Shown here piece by piece: positions 18,791-27,812 of a stretch of DNA of 64,000 bases (position 1 is its first letter; the number at the start of each line of letters is the position of its first letter). The notes under the pieces were generated by a model. The model saw only the letters and a program-made list of their open reading frames with translations, searched no databases and was not told where the DNA came from. The stretch lies in the IMG/VR virus record IMGVR_UViG_3300025723_000017, positions 90,060 through 154,059 of that record; one strand, given 5' to 3'. This stretch comes from a virus (lineage: Duplodnaviria; Caudoviricetes). A program made the translations under genes and the position numbers.

Positions 18791-19153
18791 TCAAAGATAC
18801 TGCAAATCACTGAGAATTTCCGCAGAGGCTGCCAGTTCATATTGTTCCATGAGATTGCTGGTAGGACTGGTACTTTGTGCAGGATAACGGCTTTTATGCA
18901 GTACACGATCCTGTAGACAATTGCCCACCTGCACTACTGTACTGCCCTCTGCCAACGCCGTAATCACTTGATGACATACTTTGAGTCGGGCAGCAGAGGC
19001 GAACACGCGGTTGCTCCAGGTCAACGCATGTGCAGGGTCTGAGACCAGAGACCCTCTGAAGGTGTTAACGACCTCTTGATCAGAATCAATTAACCGTTGC
19101 AGTCGCTTTGATAATGACTGGGCTGTTAACTCTTTCTCTGTATGAATTTGCAT
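18791..19153 (-). CDS. Hypothetical early protein
   Basis: Own promoter/RBS. Confidence 0.75.
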   Translation of the reverse strand: MQIHTEKELTAQSLSKRLQRLIDSDQEVVNTFRGSLVSDPAHALTWSNRVFASAARLKVCHQVITALAEGSTVVQVGNCLQDRVLHKSRYPAQSTSPTSNLMEQYELAASAEILSDLQYL

Positions 19154-19209
19154 TTCGCGCTCCCTAATTGTTTACTGTACTGCTATTATAGCAGAGCTTG
19201 ACCTAATCG

Positions 19210-19431
19210 TCAAGCATAAAAAGTAGGATCGCAAGGTTGAATAAAACCCAATTCTTGCTCTATTTCTTCTAACGATTCTTTTACAGTTATGACCCCACCA
19301 GTCCAATATATTTTATTGGCGCTGTATCCCTGAATGCTGTCCCTACGCAGTTTAATTGGACCGTAAAAATATTGACCATTCCAAGCATCCCGGCACTTTT
19401 CCATGTCTTTAACAGTTAGTGTAATAAACAT
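19210..19431 (-). CDS. Hypothetical early protein
   Basis: Own promoter/RBS; ITVKESLEEI tail. Confidence 0.75.
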   Translation of the reverse strand: MFITLTVKDMEKCRDAWNGQYFYGPIKLRRDSIQGYSANKIYWTGGVITVKESLEEIEQELGFIQPCDPTFYA

Positions 19432-19478
19432 TTCGGCTCCTGTTTGTTTACTGTAACGTTATTATAGCTGGGGTTGAA

Positions 19479-19673
19479 TTAATTGTCAACCGGCAGGGGC
19501 ACTTCTAACTGACCTATCTCACGGGCCACAGTATTCAATACCACGTACATGGCAGTCATTGCCACTGGATCATTTTTCATGATGTCATGCGCATATTCAA
19601 ATGCTTCTTCCAGCGTGTCACGACTGGCAAACCAGTTACAACGGATTCTAGCTGCTAGTTGGTCTTGTGTCAT
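19479..19673 (-). CDS. Hypothetical early protein
   Basis: Own promoter/RBS. Confidence 0.75.
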   Translation of the reverse strand: MTQDQLAARIRCNWFASRDTLEEAFEYAHDIMKNDPVAMTAMYVVLNTVAREIGQLEVPLPVDN

Positions 19674-19742
19674 TTCGGCTCCTGTTTGTTTACTGTAACG
19701 TTATTATAGCTGGGGTTGATGTAATTGTCAACCCCCTGAAAC

Positions 19743-20009
19743 TTACCGTGACCAATAAGTCTCGGAACTGGGTGACGCGAAGTAGGGAGTGTCATAACGC
19801 TCTTTAAACTCTTGGCCGCTTAACAAGTTCTTACGTGTTACATAAGTCTCATGCAGCTCTAGAACGAAGCCCCGGTCTGCGGGAAACACTTGATGATAAT
19901 AGTCTAATACAGCACCTTCAGTAGGGGCCGACATTTCTACCTTTTGGTAAGCACGCAAACCTGACTTAGTACGTGCATCACGACGGAAAACTTCTACTGT
20001 ATATTGCAT
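19743..20009 (-). CDS. Conserved phage hypothetical protein
   Basis: RKNLLSGQEFKERYDTPYFASPSSETYWS. Confidence 0.8.
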   Translation of the reverse strand: MQYTVEVFRRDARTKSGLRAYQKVEMSAPTEGAVLDYYHQVFPADRGFVLELHETYVTRKNLLSGQEFKERYDTPYFASPSSETYWSR

Positions 20010-20614
20010 TTCGGCTCCCAGTTGTTTAGTGTACCGTTATTATAATTAATCCCCAGCCAATAGTCAAGACTTGACAGCAAAGACTAAATCAGTTATAATT
20101 TAACTATAATAAAGCATAGGTTCGATCAGCTAAAATCTGGGGATGCACAACACCGGCCTAATCCATTTCTAATGTTGCAAAACCGCAACAATATACAGGT
20201 TGACTATTGGCCCAGAATTCAATAGAGTTTAGGGTTGCGGTGCAGCTACAGATGCAGTTAACTTTTGGTTGACTTTTCAGTCATTTGATGCTAGCAGTGC
20301 TGACCGTTGTGAAAAAACGACAGTGACAGGCTTGACTTTTCGGTCACTTGATGTTAACTACATTTTCGTTGTATTTTCACAACAGTTGTGAAAAAACAAC
20401 AGTTGCAAAAATACCTCAGTCGACCCACCGTTGTACAGTCACAACACCGTCGGAGCCGCACAACCCTACAGCATTGACTTTTGGTACAATACCCAGTATA
20501 ATCTATATACTAAGGCGTCAGGTTCCCGTGACCCTGGAGGGAAATCTTAACCGCCGGGCCGCTGACCTCACTGAAATTTTAACCTGTTTAAGTTAATTTA
20601 AAGGAACTGTAAGT

Positions 20615-20743
20615 ATGAAAACAATACTGGCATTTATACTGGGCATTGTGGTAGCATCAATAGGCGTACAAGGTACTGTGCATGCAGTTGAAAATATAGT
20701 AGTGGCAATACAGACCTTTGCACAGCATTCGGCAAAACTATAA
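20615..20743 (+). CDS. 42-aa membrane or secreted peptide (below ORF-track cutoff)
   Basis: AAGGA RBS; MKTILAFILGIVVASIGVQG... Confidence 0.55.
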   Translation: MKTILAFILGIVVASIGVQGTVHAVENIVVAIQTFAQHSAKL

Positions 20744-20885
20744 ACCCCGTACAGATTACTCAACTAGCTTAGAGACTGCGAGGCTGTGTAGGCAAGTAAT
20801 AACAGTTGATGTAATAGCTTAGACAGCAGTTTATTACAGTGTAAATTATACAGCAGAGTGTTACAGTGGAAATTATACGGCAGTT

Positions 20886-21030
20886 GGTCTAGAAACGAAA
20901 TTTCAGGGACGACGTCTAGAAACGAAATTCAGGAAACGACGTCTAGAAACGAAATTCTAAGGACGAAATCTTAGAACGAAATTCAGGAAACGAAATTCTA
21001 AGGACGAAATCTTAGAACGAAATTCTAAGT
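20886..21030. repeat. Iteron-like array with 13-14 bp period
   Basis: 8x ACGAAAT plus 2x ACGACGT cores in tandem. Confidence 0.85.
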
Positions 21031-21324
21031 ACGACCCAGTGTCAACACAGTATAAACTTGAAATAAAGTCATTTCGCTCGAGTGGAAAGTTAAGAAGCTT
21101 TTGCTCAGCGTAGACTATTTGACGTAGAGTCTGTAGTGACTGCGACGACCTGCAGGCCACAGGGTTATAATAGGGGTATTAGGGTCAGTATTAAAGTCAG
21201 TATTACAGTCAGTAATAAAGTCATTTCGCTCGAGTGGAAAGTTAGAATCTACGGTGTATACTGAGTATACAGTGTGATCAAACAGGCGTTACGGAAGGTG
21301 ACTGTTGACTATACCCACTATTGA

Positions 21325-21388
21325 AGTCGTAACCAGTCGTAACCAGTCGTAACCAGTCGTAACCAGTCGTAACCAGTCGTAACCAGTC
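21325..21388. repeat. 10-bp tandem repeat
   Basis: (AGTCGTAACC)x6. Confidence 0.95.
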
Positions 21389-21604
21389 CTAGTAGTACCG
21401 GCGACAGCAGCAATTTCAAACTGAACCTGTTCGGTGACTGAATGTTTTGACACTTTTTTACCCCACCCACTGACTCAATAAAGATTACTGAATTAATTTA
21501 CACACACAGTATTGACTATTTGTATAGAGTCTTTTATACTGTATTTTTATCACTTTTATCACTTAAATTAATCGAATTACTTAAATTACTTAAAAGGCCG
21601 CTGT

Positions 21605-21838
21605 ATGCAATTACACCCACTAGTTAACGCCACTTATAAAGAAACAATTATTAAGTCTAGTCCTGAATTTCAGTTGGTATTAAAGCAATATTCGGTTCCT
21701 GGATCACAGGATCTCTACAGTATTGGTTTAGAGCATCAAACACTGGTCCACAATCAAGTTACTGACACTGCCATTTATAATTTCCTCATGACTTCAGCAG
21801 AGCGACAGCGTTTAGCTGACAGTTTAGTTGCGATTTAG
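21605..21838 (+). CDS. Hypothetical protein
   Basis: TTGACT-17-TATACT promoter upstream. Confidence 0.7.
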   Translation: MQLHPLVNATYKETIIKSSPEFQLVLKQYSVPGSQDLYSIGLEHQTLVHNQVTDTAIYNFLMTSAERQRLADSLVAI

Positions 21839-22026
21839 ACGATGACACGTTTATTATTAATCACAGCAGTAATCTTAACTCTATGCGTAGTCACTGGAGT
21901 CTTTACTACACCCCGTGGCTTGTGTGTTGGCTTCTGTCGTTAATGTGTAGACATTGACTACTGGGTCGTTTGGCAGTATAATTGTGTTATTAAATTTTGT
22001 TATTAATTATCTACAGGAGTAGAACA

Positions 22027-22335
22027 ATGATCACTGCCAGCACAGCAAGACAATTACAGGATCAAAATCATCAACAGGTTCAGTATTTTTTAATGTCAAA
22101 AGTTGAACCCCTAGTACGTGATGCGGCGATGCAGGGCAAAAGCTCAGTATTTGTTCGTTTGGGCTCCGTAGCCGCTGATGAGCCCCTGTATCGCATCATT
22201 ACCGCCTTACATCGTTCCCTACTTGCACAGCTTGAGTTCTTGGGATATCGCGCTGATATTGTCGTTAACGGTGGTTTTTATATCGACCCTACAGGGTCAC
22301 GTGTTAGAAATTACGGCATCTCGATCAAATGGTAA
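22027..22335 (+). CDS. Hypothetical protein related to 5814-6080
   Basis: MITASTAR...DAAMQGK...LGY...ISIKW; AGGAG RBS. Confidence 0.75.
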   Translation: MITASTARQLQDQNHQQVQYFLMSKVEPLVRDAAMQGKSSVFVRLGSVAADEPLYRIITALHRSLLAQLEFLGYRADIVVNGGFYIDPTGSRVRNYGISIKW

Positions 22336-22989
22336 AGTTTTTTAATTTAATCACGAAAGTTGTAGGGACCACTGACTCGATAAGTATAGAGAAACTGGTA
22401 AAATGGTCCTCTGGACACAGAAAAATCACTACAGGGTCACTGAAATGACGGATAAATTATTTTTTGGTTTATGCTTGGGATGGATGGCTTTATTAACAGG
22501 CTCGCCTGGTTGGGCGTTTTTAATCTTTATAATAACCTTAATGGAAACTTGATGAATTAATTATTTTAATTTAATTAATTATTCAATTAATTTATTATTT
22601 TAATTAATTATTTTATTTAATTATTTTATTTAATTATTTAATTCAACTCATCACTAGGTAATTTAAATAAAATTCCTAGCGAGAATTTCGGTCGTGTAGT
22701 CCCACCCATTGACAATTGTATCAAACTCACTTATAATAGTTTTAACTTAACTAACTTAACTAACTTAACTAACTGGGAAACAAAAAATGTTTGGCGTAAT
22801 TTTAGGTGTCGCGCAGTGGTGTGCAGTGCTTCTTGCTGCTTGGCTTAGATTCGACTGGCTTGACCTTGTGTCGGCAGTTAGCACAATGGTGCTGGCCGCT
22901 TTTGTTTTAAAATTTTTGTTAGACCGAGATGAAGAACTAAAGAAGTAGAATCCAATTAAAACTTAGGGCCTTGCCCACGGGAGTATAAA

Positions 22990-23187
22990 ATGAACGACGA
23001 ACTAATTGAAAAACTCAAAAAACTAGCCAGTACTAAATGTTTTTATGACGATGAAGACGAAGATGTCACCATCGATGATTACGCAGGCGGAAATGTTGAC
23101 GATGCCTTTTATACCGGCGAATGTGCAGGTGAAGTCACCTTGGCGAGAACGGTGTTGACCGCATTGGCGATTGAGTGGACTGTGTGA
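22990..23187 (+). CDS. Hypothetical protein
   Basis: GGAG RBS; DYAGGNVDDAF. Confidence 0.75.
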   Translation: MNDELIEKLKKLASTKCFYDDEDEDVTIDDYAGGNVDDAFYTGECAGEVTLARTVLTALAIEWTV

Positions 23188-23189
23188 TT

Positions 23190-23447
23190 ATGAACGAACG
23201 AATTAAGCAACTTGGTTTGCAGTGCCGAATTGAAAAATACAATCAATTTGGTAATTTGATAGAATTTGGGTTCGATGAAGAAAAATTCGCCCAGTTGATT
23301 GTAGAGGAATGTATTGCCAAACTATCCGGGCTTGTCATAGTGACAAACGACGTCGTATTTGAGAAAGACGCTGCATATGAGCAATGGAACTTGGCTCTTG
23401 GGCATGCTGAACTTGAGATTAGAGAACATTTTGGAGTTGAAGAATGA
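23190..23447 (+). CDS. MNE...KFAxLIVxEC...HFGVEE family protein
   Basis: Family motifs. Confidence 0.8.
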   Translation: MNERIKQLGLQCRIEKYNQFGNLIEFGFDEEKFAQLIVEECIAKLSGLVIVTNDVVFEKDAAYEQWNLALGHAELEIREHFGVEE

Positions 23448-23577
23448 ACGAACAAGAATTTACACCCGAACAAACCGATGCTCCTTGCCCAAACTGCGGT
23501 TCGGAACACGAAGATTTGTGCTATCATGAGGGGCATGGCCAATACTATTGTGAAACCTGTTGGGATAAGGAAACCGA

Positions 23578-23856
23578 ATGAACGAACTTATTAAACAACT
23601 TGCCGAACAGGCAGAAGAATACGCCGACAGTGTGGTTGATGAGGGTGGTGATTTTCACCCTGAATATACCCAAAAACTCGCCGAGTTGATCGTCGGGAAA
23701 TGTCTGGAACAAATCAAGTATATGCTGGTTGACGAAGATGAACAATTGTTTGCACACGACGAAACTACTGATTGTGTCAATGAATCATTAATGGATGCAC
23801 ATCACAACATCGCATTAGAATTTGGATTTGGCAAACAATTTGGAGTTGAAGAATGA
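23578..23856 (+). CDS. MNE...GVEE family protein
   Basis: Family motifs. Confidence 0.8.
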   Translation: MNELIKQLAEQAEEYADSVVDEGGDFHPEYTQKLAELIVGKCLEQIKYMLVDEDEQLFAHDETTDCVNESLMDAHHNIALEFGFGKQFGVEE

Positions 23857-24101
23857 ACAAAGAACGATTTAACAAACTAAAAGATGAAGCATTCCAAACT
23901 ACCGAATGGGAAGATAGGGATTATGATAAAATTCTCGAAAGAATAGTTGAGTTAACTGTGAGGGAATGTGACGCACTGTGTCAAAAACATGCTCGTGATC
24001 ATGCTGAAAAAATGATGGGTATAGGGCACGTTCCAACCGAGCAAGTAGTTGCAAGAAAAATGGGACTTAAGATTAAAGAACACTTCGGAGTTGAAGAATG
24101 A
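23853..24101 (+). CDS. MNE...GVEE family protein
   Basis: Family motifs; ATGA overlap. Confidence 0.8.
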   Translation: MNKERFNKLKDEAFQTTEWEDRDYDKILERIVELTVRECDALCQKHARDHAEKMMGIGHVPTEQVVARKMGLKIKEHFGVEE

Positions 24102-24307
24102 ACGAACGAATTCAGGAACTAATGAGGCAGGCCACTAATCCAGACTATGACGGTGATGATGGTCCAGCAAACGAACTCAACATTGAAAAATTCGCCGAGT
24201 TGATTGTCAAGGAATCTGTCCAAATGTTTGCTGAGAATGGATATGACGAAAGTTGTGATATGCTTATTGAACATTGGGATATTGATCCAAGAACATTTCG
24301 GAGTTGA
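24098..24307 (+). CDS. MNE...GVEE family protein (tail out of frame)
   Basis: EKFAELIVKE; the GAACATTTCGGAGTTGAAGAATGA junction is kept at DNA level. Confidence 0.75.
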   Translation: MNERIQELMRQATNPDYDGDDGPANELNIEKFAELIVKESVQMFAENGYDESCDMLIEHWDIDPRTFRS

Positions 24308-24310
24308 AGA

Positions 24311-24502
24311 ATGACACGCAGAGCAATTAAATTAGAAGGTACTGATGTGATTTTAGAATTATCTAAATTTGCAACACCAAGAGTTCAAACAGAGTTTATT
24401 CATTTAGATAAACTGCCTGACGGAACGTGGCGTTTGTTATATAATGTTAAAGATACTGATATTAAAGATATCACTGCCTTAACAATTGTGAGAGAAGAAT
24501 GA
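24311..24502 (+). CDS. Hypothetical protein
   Basis: Coupled ORF. Confidence 0.65.
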   Translation: MTRRAIKLEGTDVILELSKFATPRVQTEFIHLDKLPDGTWRLLYNVKDTDIKDITALTIVREE

Positions 24503-24717
24503 CAATTTTTATACTACGTGAGAAATTTTCCTCAAATTTATTGGCCATTCCCTTTAAAAAAATCGACCAAATTGTCTGGGTTGACAACGTCGTCGATTGT
24601 GATCTGTCGGGAATCAAAGTAAATGGTATCTGGGTTGAGGGAGATAGGGATCGATTTATTCATATGATTAAGACAATGGGTTCAATGGAAATATTGGCGT
24701 CAAATTTCAAGGTTTAA
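24499..24717 (+). CDS. Hypothetical protein
   Basis: ATGA-coupled ORF. Confidence 0.65.
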   Translation: MTIFILREKFSSNLLAIPFKKIDQIVWVDNVVDCDLSGIKVNGIWVEGDRDRFIHMIKTMGSMEILASNFKV

Positions 24718-24734
24718 CTTCAAGGAGCAGCACA

Positions 24735-25067
24735 ATGCAAGGTTATTTAGGCGAAACACCAATTGATATATCTGATACAGCATATAGTGAATATACTCCC
24801 AAGGATTGGGCATTGTTTTATATTAAAAAATATGGAGGTATCGACGGCGCACATCATAAAGATTGGGTACTGGACCAAGTTGTACGATTGTTGACGGGTG
24901 CGGTGCCCAAATTCTCATTACGCAAATGGGCGAATGGACAGGAAGAGCTGACTTTTGACGAGTCAGAAATGACAACTCCTGAATATGAAGCATTTGTATT
25001 AGAGTACGAAGACCGTGATGAAAATGGTGAAGTACAATATGAATACAATACGGGAATTGCTCCATGA
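24735..25067 (+). CDS. Conserved phage hypothetical protein
   Basis: YGGIDGAHHKDWVLDQVVR...GIAP; AAGGAG RBS. Confidence 0.8.
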   Translation: MQGYLGETPIDISDTAYSEYTPKDWALFYIKKYGGIDGAHHKDWVLDQVVRLLTGAVPKFSLRKWANGQEELTFDESEMTTPEYEAFVLEYEDRDENGEVQYEYNTGIAP

Positions 25068-25291
25068 ATAAGAAAATTTCTCATCTCTACAAACTAGCAT
25101 GGATCATGACAGCGGATGCAGCAGTTAAATCAAGTGCTTCGATATCACAGGAAAGCGTCTTGGAACAATTTACCGAGCTAGTGCTTGCTGAATGTGCTGA
25201 TGCAATTCTTGCGGCGGAAACTCGCATGTGTAGTTATTACGTGGCCCTGATAGAAACTCGCTTTGGCTATCCACAGGGCCATTTTGAATGA
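25064..25291 (+). CDS. MNE-family-related protein
   Basis: EQFTELVLAECA...RFG. Confidence 0.7.
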   Translation: MNKKISHLYKLAWIMTADAAVKSSASISQESVLEQFTELVLAECADAILAAETRMCSYYVALIETRFGYPQGHFE

Positions 25292-25710
25292 GCGAGTGGA
25301 GTCACTTACCCAATGCCGCGCATATAGATCGTATTATAGTTGATTTGGCCCTCAATACTAAAAATTGGGCGGAAGTATGGCCTTCGACATGTAATGAATG
25401 CCAACAAGTGGCATCAAAGATCTGGGTGGTCAGGAATGCGTTCCGGGATGCGGCTTTGTCTGCGCTCAATACTCTAGCTTGGAGTTCGGATGGGAATACT
25501 GCTCGGAGTTCTGTTCGGAGTTCAGATAATCAGGCGGCAGTGGGCGCAGCCAGATATCCGATAACAGCCTTAATTGCTTGGCCAGAATCAGCTGAATATC
25601 TATCATTACCTCGGGATCAAGTACAGGTCATGGCGGCATTGGGCGATCAACGAGCGATATTGATGTTACCGGCAGTTATGGCATTTGCCAAATCACGGGA
25701 GTTGGCATGA
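25288..25710 (+). CDS. HLPNAAHIDRI family protein
   Basis: Conserved N- and C-termini, variable middle. Confidence 0.85.
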   Translation: MSEWSHLPNAAHIDRIIVDLALNTKNWAEVWPSTCNECQQVASKIWVVRNAFRDAALSALNTLAWSSDGNTARSSVRSSDNQAAVGAARYPITALIAWPESAEYLSLPRDQVQVMAALGDQRAILMLPAVMAFAKSRELA

Positions 25711-26120
25711 CCACAGCTTGGCATCATCTGCCCAATGCCGCACATATAGATCGCATCTTAGCTGATCTAAAACTCAATTTTAATAATTGGTCAGCAGTTT
25801 GGCATTCACTGATATCTCGGATTGATGATTTTGATGCAGGATTTGATGTGGCTGACGATAAGATTGATGAAATGGGCAATACAAAGGAGTGGGATGCGCT
25901 GTGGGATGCAGTTTATGGTGTAGCAGAACAAACGTATTGGTATGGAGCTCGTGAGGCGGCTAGGCATTCTATAATGTCCTTAATTGCTTGGCCTGAATCA
26001 GGCGATTATCTATCATTACCTGTGGATCAAGTACGGGTCATGGCTGAGTTGGGTGACCATCGAGCCCGATTAATGTTGCCAGCAGTTATGGCATTTAACA
26101 TGTACAGGAAAGATGTATGA
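25707..26120 (+). CDS. HLPNAAHIDRI family protein
   Basis: Tandem paralogue. Confidence 0.85.
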   Translation: MTTAWHHLPNAAHIDRILADLKLNFNNWSAVWHSLISRIDDFDAGFDVADDKIDEMGNTKEWDALWDAVYGVAEQTYWYGAREAARHSIMSLIAWPESGDYLSLPVDQVRVMAELGDHRARLMLPAVMAFNMYRKDV

Positions 26121-26518
26121 CTACAGCTTGGAGTCACTTACCCAATTCCGCACATATAGATCGCATCTTAGCTGATATAGAAACCAATTCACATAATTGG
26201 CGTAAGCCTTTTGGGACTGAGACTGACGGTGCATCTTATAAGGTGGCTACCGATTTGCTCTACACGTGGGATAAGTCTAAGCATATAGTTTATAATATTA
26301 TCAGCAGGGAGGCCCAGACGGTGGCTAGGGCCAATCTGGCGGCCTGGGATGCGGCCTGGTATGCAGCTTGTTTTGCCATATTGGCCTTGATTGCCTGGCC
26401 CGAATCAGGTGATTATCTATCATTACCTCGTGATCAAGTGCAGGTGTTGTCGGCACTGGGTGATTCCAAGGCCACCTTATTATTACCAGCCATTGGAGTG
26501 TTGTCATGTGTCAATTGA
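26117..26518 (+). CDS. HLPNAAHIDRI family protein
   Basis: Tandem paralogue. Confidence 0.85.
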   Translation: MTTAWSHLPNSAHIDRILADIETNSHNWRKPFGTETDGASYKVATDLLYTWDKSKHIVYNIISREAQTVARANLAAWDAAWYAACFAILALIAWPESGDYLSLPRDQVQVLSALGDSKATLLLPAIGVLSCVN

Positions 26519-26745
26519 ATCTATTGCTCAATGATCAATTGGGAGATCTATGGTTTACTCACTCACTCCCCACCTATGATGACCATGGCGGACTGTGTGA
26601 CTATTGGTATAATTTTCTTACCCAAACAGACTCGGCCGGTGGCGACCCAGATGATCTACTATGTTGGTCGGCTAGGCTAGTTGATGACACGATATATTTC
26701 CACAGCGAATCTGCTAGAACATTATTTTTGCTGAGATTTGCATAA
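26506..26745 (+). CDS. F-x-L-[RK]-W family protein
   Basis: Ends FLLRFA. Confidence 0.75.
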   Translation: MCQLNLLLNDQLGDLWFTHSLPTYDDHGGLCDYWYNFLTQTDSAGGDPDDLLCWSARLVDDTIYFHSESARTLFLLRFA

Positions 26746-26999
26746 TGCAGCCATGTGTGCAACCTGGACTTCTTCCTGACCCTCAATACCTGTCCGTTTA
26801 TTCCCACAAACTATACCTATACCAGGGTATCCTTTTTAAGGCTCATAGTTATACTGAGAATTTTTCCCGGTATCTCAGAACCAATCAATTGAATATAGAT
26901 AAGGTGTTACGGGAGGATTTTAATGCAATTCAATATTACGGAGCATTTAGATTTCAGCAGGAGCAGGATCTTACTTTATTTTTATTAAAATTTTCCTAA
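26745..26999 (+). CDS. F-x-L-[RK]-W family protein
   Basis: Ends FLLKFS. Confidence 0.75.
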   Translation: MQPCVQPGLLPDPQYLSVYSHKLYLYQGILFKAHSYTENFSRYLRTNQLNIDKVLREDFNAIQYYGAFRFQQEQDLTLFLLKFS

Positions 27000-27000
27000 C

Positions 27001-27303
27001 ATGTGGCCAATATACATAGCAGTCCCCACTACATATCCCTATCGTTTCGACAGACGAGCCAACTATGCAGAAGATGCGTTATCACGCGAGTTTAATCTAC
27101 CCGTTCATTTTGTAACAAACGAAGGGATTAAGTTTGGTCATCCAGCTACTGATGTGTACCGTGTGGAATTACCCAGTGAGCAGGACCAATTATTTTTCCT
27201 ACTAAAATATAATTTCGTGCTGTTGGATAATAAGCTGGTAGACGACTATATTCAATATGAGTTTAACGAAAACGCCAAGTTCCAACTATTTCATTCATTA
27301 TAA
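27001..27303 (+). CDS. F-x-L-[RK]-W family protein with C-terminal extension
   Basis: EQDQLFFLLKY then extension. Confidence 0.7.
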   Translation: MWPIYIAVPTTYPYRFDRRANYAEDALSREFNLPVHFVTNEGIKFGHPATDVYRVELPSEQDQLFFLLKYNFVLLDNKLVDDYIQYEFNENAKFQLFHSL

Positions 27304-27611
27304 ATGATTGACAATTACAGCATTTGGTTTTATAATTAATTTTTAATTAAACAATTTAAATTTGAGACGTGACGAATGATCGCCATAATTATGCTTTATA
27401 TTATTGGATTGCTGGGGTTTTTTACACTATTAATGGTGCCTTCTGCATATAAAGAACAGGGAATTGCGTCTGCCATTTTACACATAATTGTTGCGATGAC
27501 GATTTTATCAGTTCCTGTTTTTGTTTTGATACTGTAATAATTAATATTTTTGTTTGACAATTAAATCATCCTCATTTATAATTAACTTATATTAAACAAA
27601 CGGAGTATGTA

Positions 27612-27812
27612 ATGAACGAGCAAATTCTAAAACTTTTAGAGCAATCGGGACTACAGCCTTATTATCCAGCTCAAGAACAACAAATTGAACAATTTGCTCA
27701 GTTGCTGGTTCGGGAATGTCTAACAGTAATCAATCAACCCAATGGTGTTGGCGATGATGATGTTATTCGAATCAGTAATGATGTACAACAATATTTCGGA
27801 GTTGAAGAATGA
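27612..27812 (+). CDS. MNE...GVEE family protein
   Basis: Family motifs; own promoter. Confidence 0.8.
   Translation: MNEQILKLLEQSGLQPYYPAQEQQIEQFAQLLVRECLTVINQPNGVGDDDVIRISNDVQQYFGVEE

Larger units (their letters stand above)
5789..20067 (-). promoter_or_regulatory. Array of about 35 sigma70-type early promoter + RBS modules
   Basis: Repeated minus-strand TTGACA-17nt-TATAAT followed by AGCAGTACAGTAAACAAACAGGAG-like leaders, e.g. 15117-15145, 15822-15850, 16270-16298, 16675-16703. Confidence 0.9.

Noticed and set aside
5789-20067. Integron with attC sites
   Set aside because: Repeats are promoters, not attC-type palindromes, and no integron integrase is present in the window
20348-21160. 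ORFs 20348-20596 and 20957-21160
   Set aside because: Overlap operator and iteron-like repeats, non-ATG starts, no RBS
20886-21388. CRISPR array
   Set aside because: Repeats are 10-14 bp in tandem without unique spacers; no cas genes in the window
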